From the NCBI GenBank assembly GCA_044342325.1, contig JBIIPZ010000001.1, positions 79,564 to 143,563 of the forward strand: 64,000 bases of DNA, in the 5' to 3' direction. This document shows, one piece after another, positions 63,706-64,000 of the stretch. Under the pieces are notes generated by a model, which worked only from the letters and a program-made list of their open reading frames with translations, was not told where the DNA came from and did no database searches. The DNA comes from Terrimicrobiaceae bacterium (GTDB taxonomy: Bacteria > Verrucomicrobiota > Verrucomicrobiia > Chthoniobacterales > Terrimicrobiaceae). A program made the translations under genes and the position numbers. Numbering within the stretch: the first letter of the stretch is position 1; every line of letters begins with the position of its first letter.

Positions 63706-64000
63706 AGGTCTCACGCAAAAATAACTGTCGCATTTCTTGTGAGCCTATGGCAGGCTTTGAATGATGATCGACCAAGCAACTCTCCAAGCCAAATTCGCCG
63801 AAATCAGACCTCTACTCAACGAGCGCCAGCTCCGTCTCGTCGCCCTTGCCGAAGCCAAATTCCTCGGGCACGGAGGCATCAAATCAGTTGCCGAGGCCTG
63901 CGGACTATCCCGGCGGAGCATTGAGCGGGCAAAAGTCGAGGCGAACCAGGAGTCCAAGGATTCCGCAGGGATGACAAAGCAACGTGTTCGCCGCTTGGGC
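63706..64000 (+). mobile_element. ISAzo13-family IS, left end and transposase 5' part (CDS from 63761, runs off window)
   Basis: MMIDQATLQAKF..IRPLLNERQLRLVALAEAKFLGHGGI..VAEACGLSR.SI...RVRRLG; the host gene frame breaks at about 63705. Confidence 0.82.

Overview
Bacterial chromosomal window of moderately high GC. Gene content (long GreA, GH75 lipoprotein, the conserved gene after ruvA) tentatively suggests a free-living Verrucomicrobiota/PVC genome; this is inference. It is mostly housekeeping (tRNA-Leu, ubiE/menG, pfkA, trpS, greA, kdsD, pfp, gltB, hpt, ruvA, gatCA, birA, cysI, purU) with five accessory blocks. (1) 1-930: an IS110 DEDD transposase N-terminus fused in frame to an unrelated oxidoreductase-like C-terminus, beside a REP-family motif. 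(2) 12.3-23.4 kb: a complete 10-gene chemosensory operon, including a soluble 'inverted' receptor (MCP tip followed by a Cache-like domain). (3) 26.5-32.7 kb: an aryl-polyene/flexirubin-like tailoring cluster without a ketosynthase, ending in a fusion of a multi-pass transporter-like domain with an enediyne-type hot-dog thioesterase. (4) 40.7-44.1 kb: a ppk2-CHAD-CYTH/NUDIX polyphosphate operon. (5) 53.7-64 kb: a decaying defence island with a Type III R-M locus. Its Res subunit has a HEPN-like tail and a 1-nt frameshift, a hicBA pair sits antisense between mod and res, two divergent ribbon-helix-helix genes lie upstream, and there are several gene stumps and an ISAzo13 insertion. All family assignments come from motif recognition by eye; no database searches were run.
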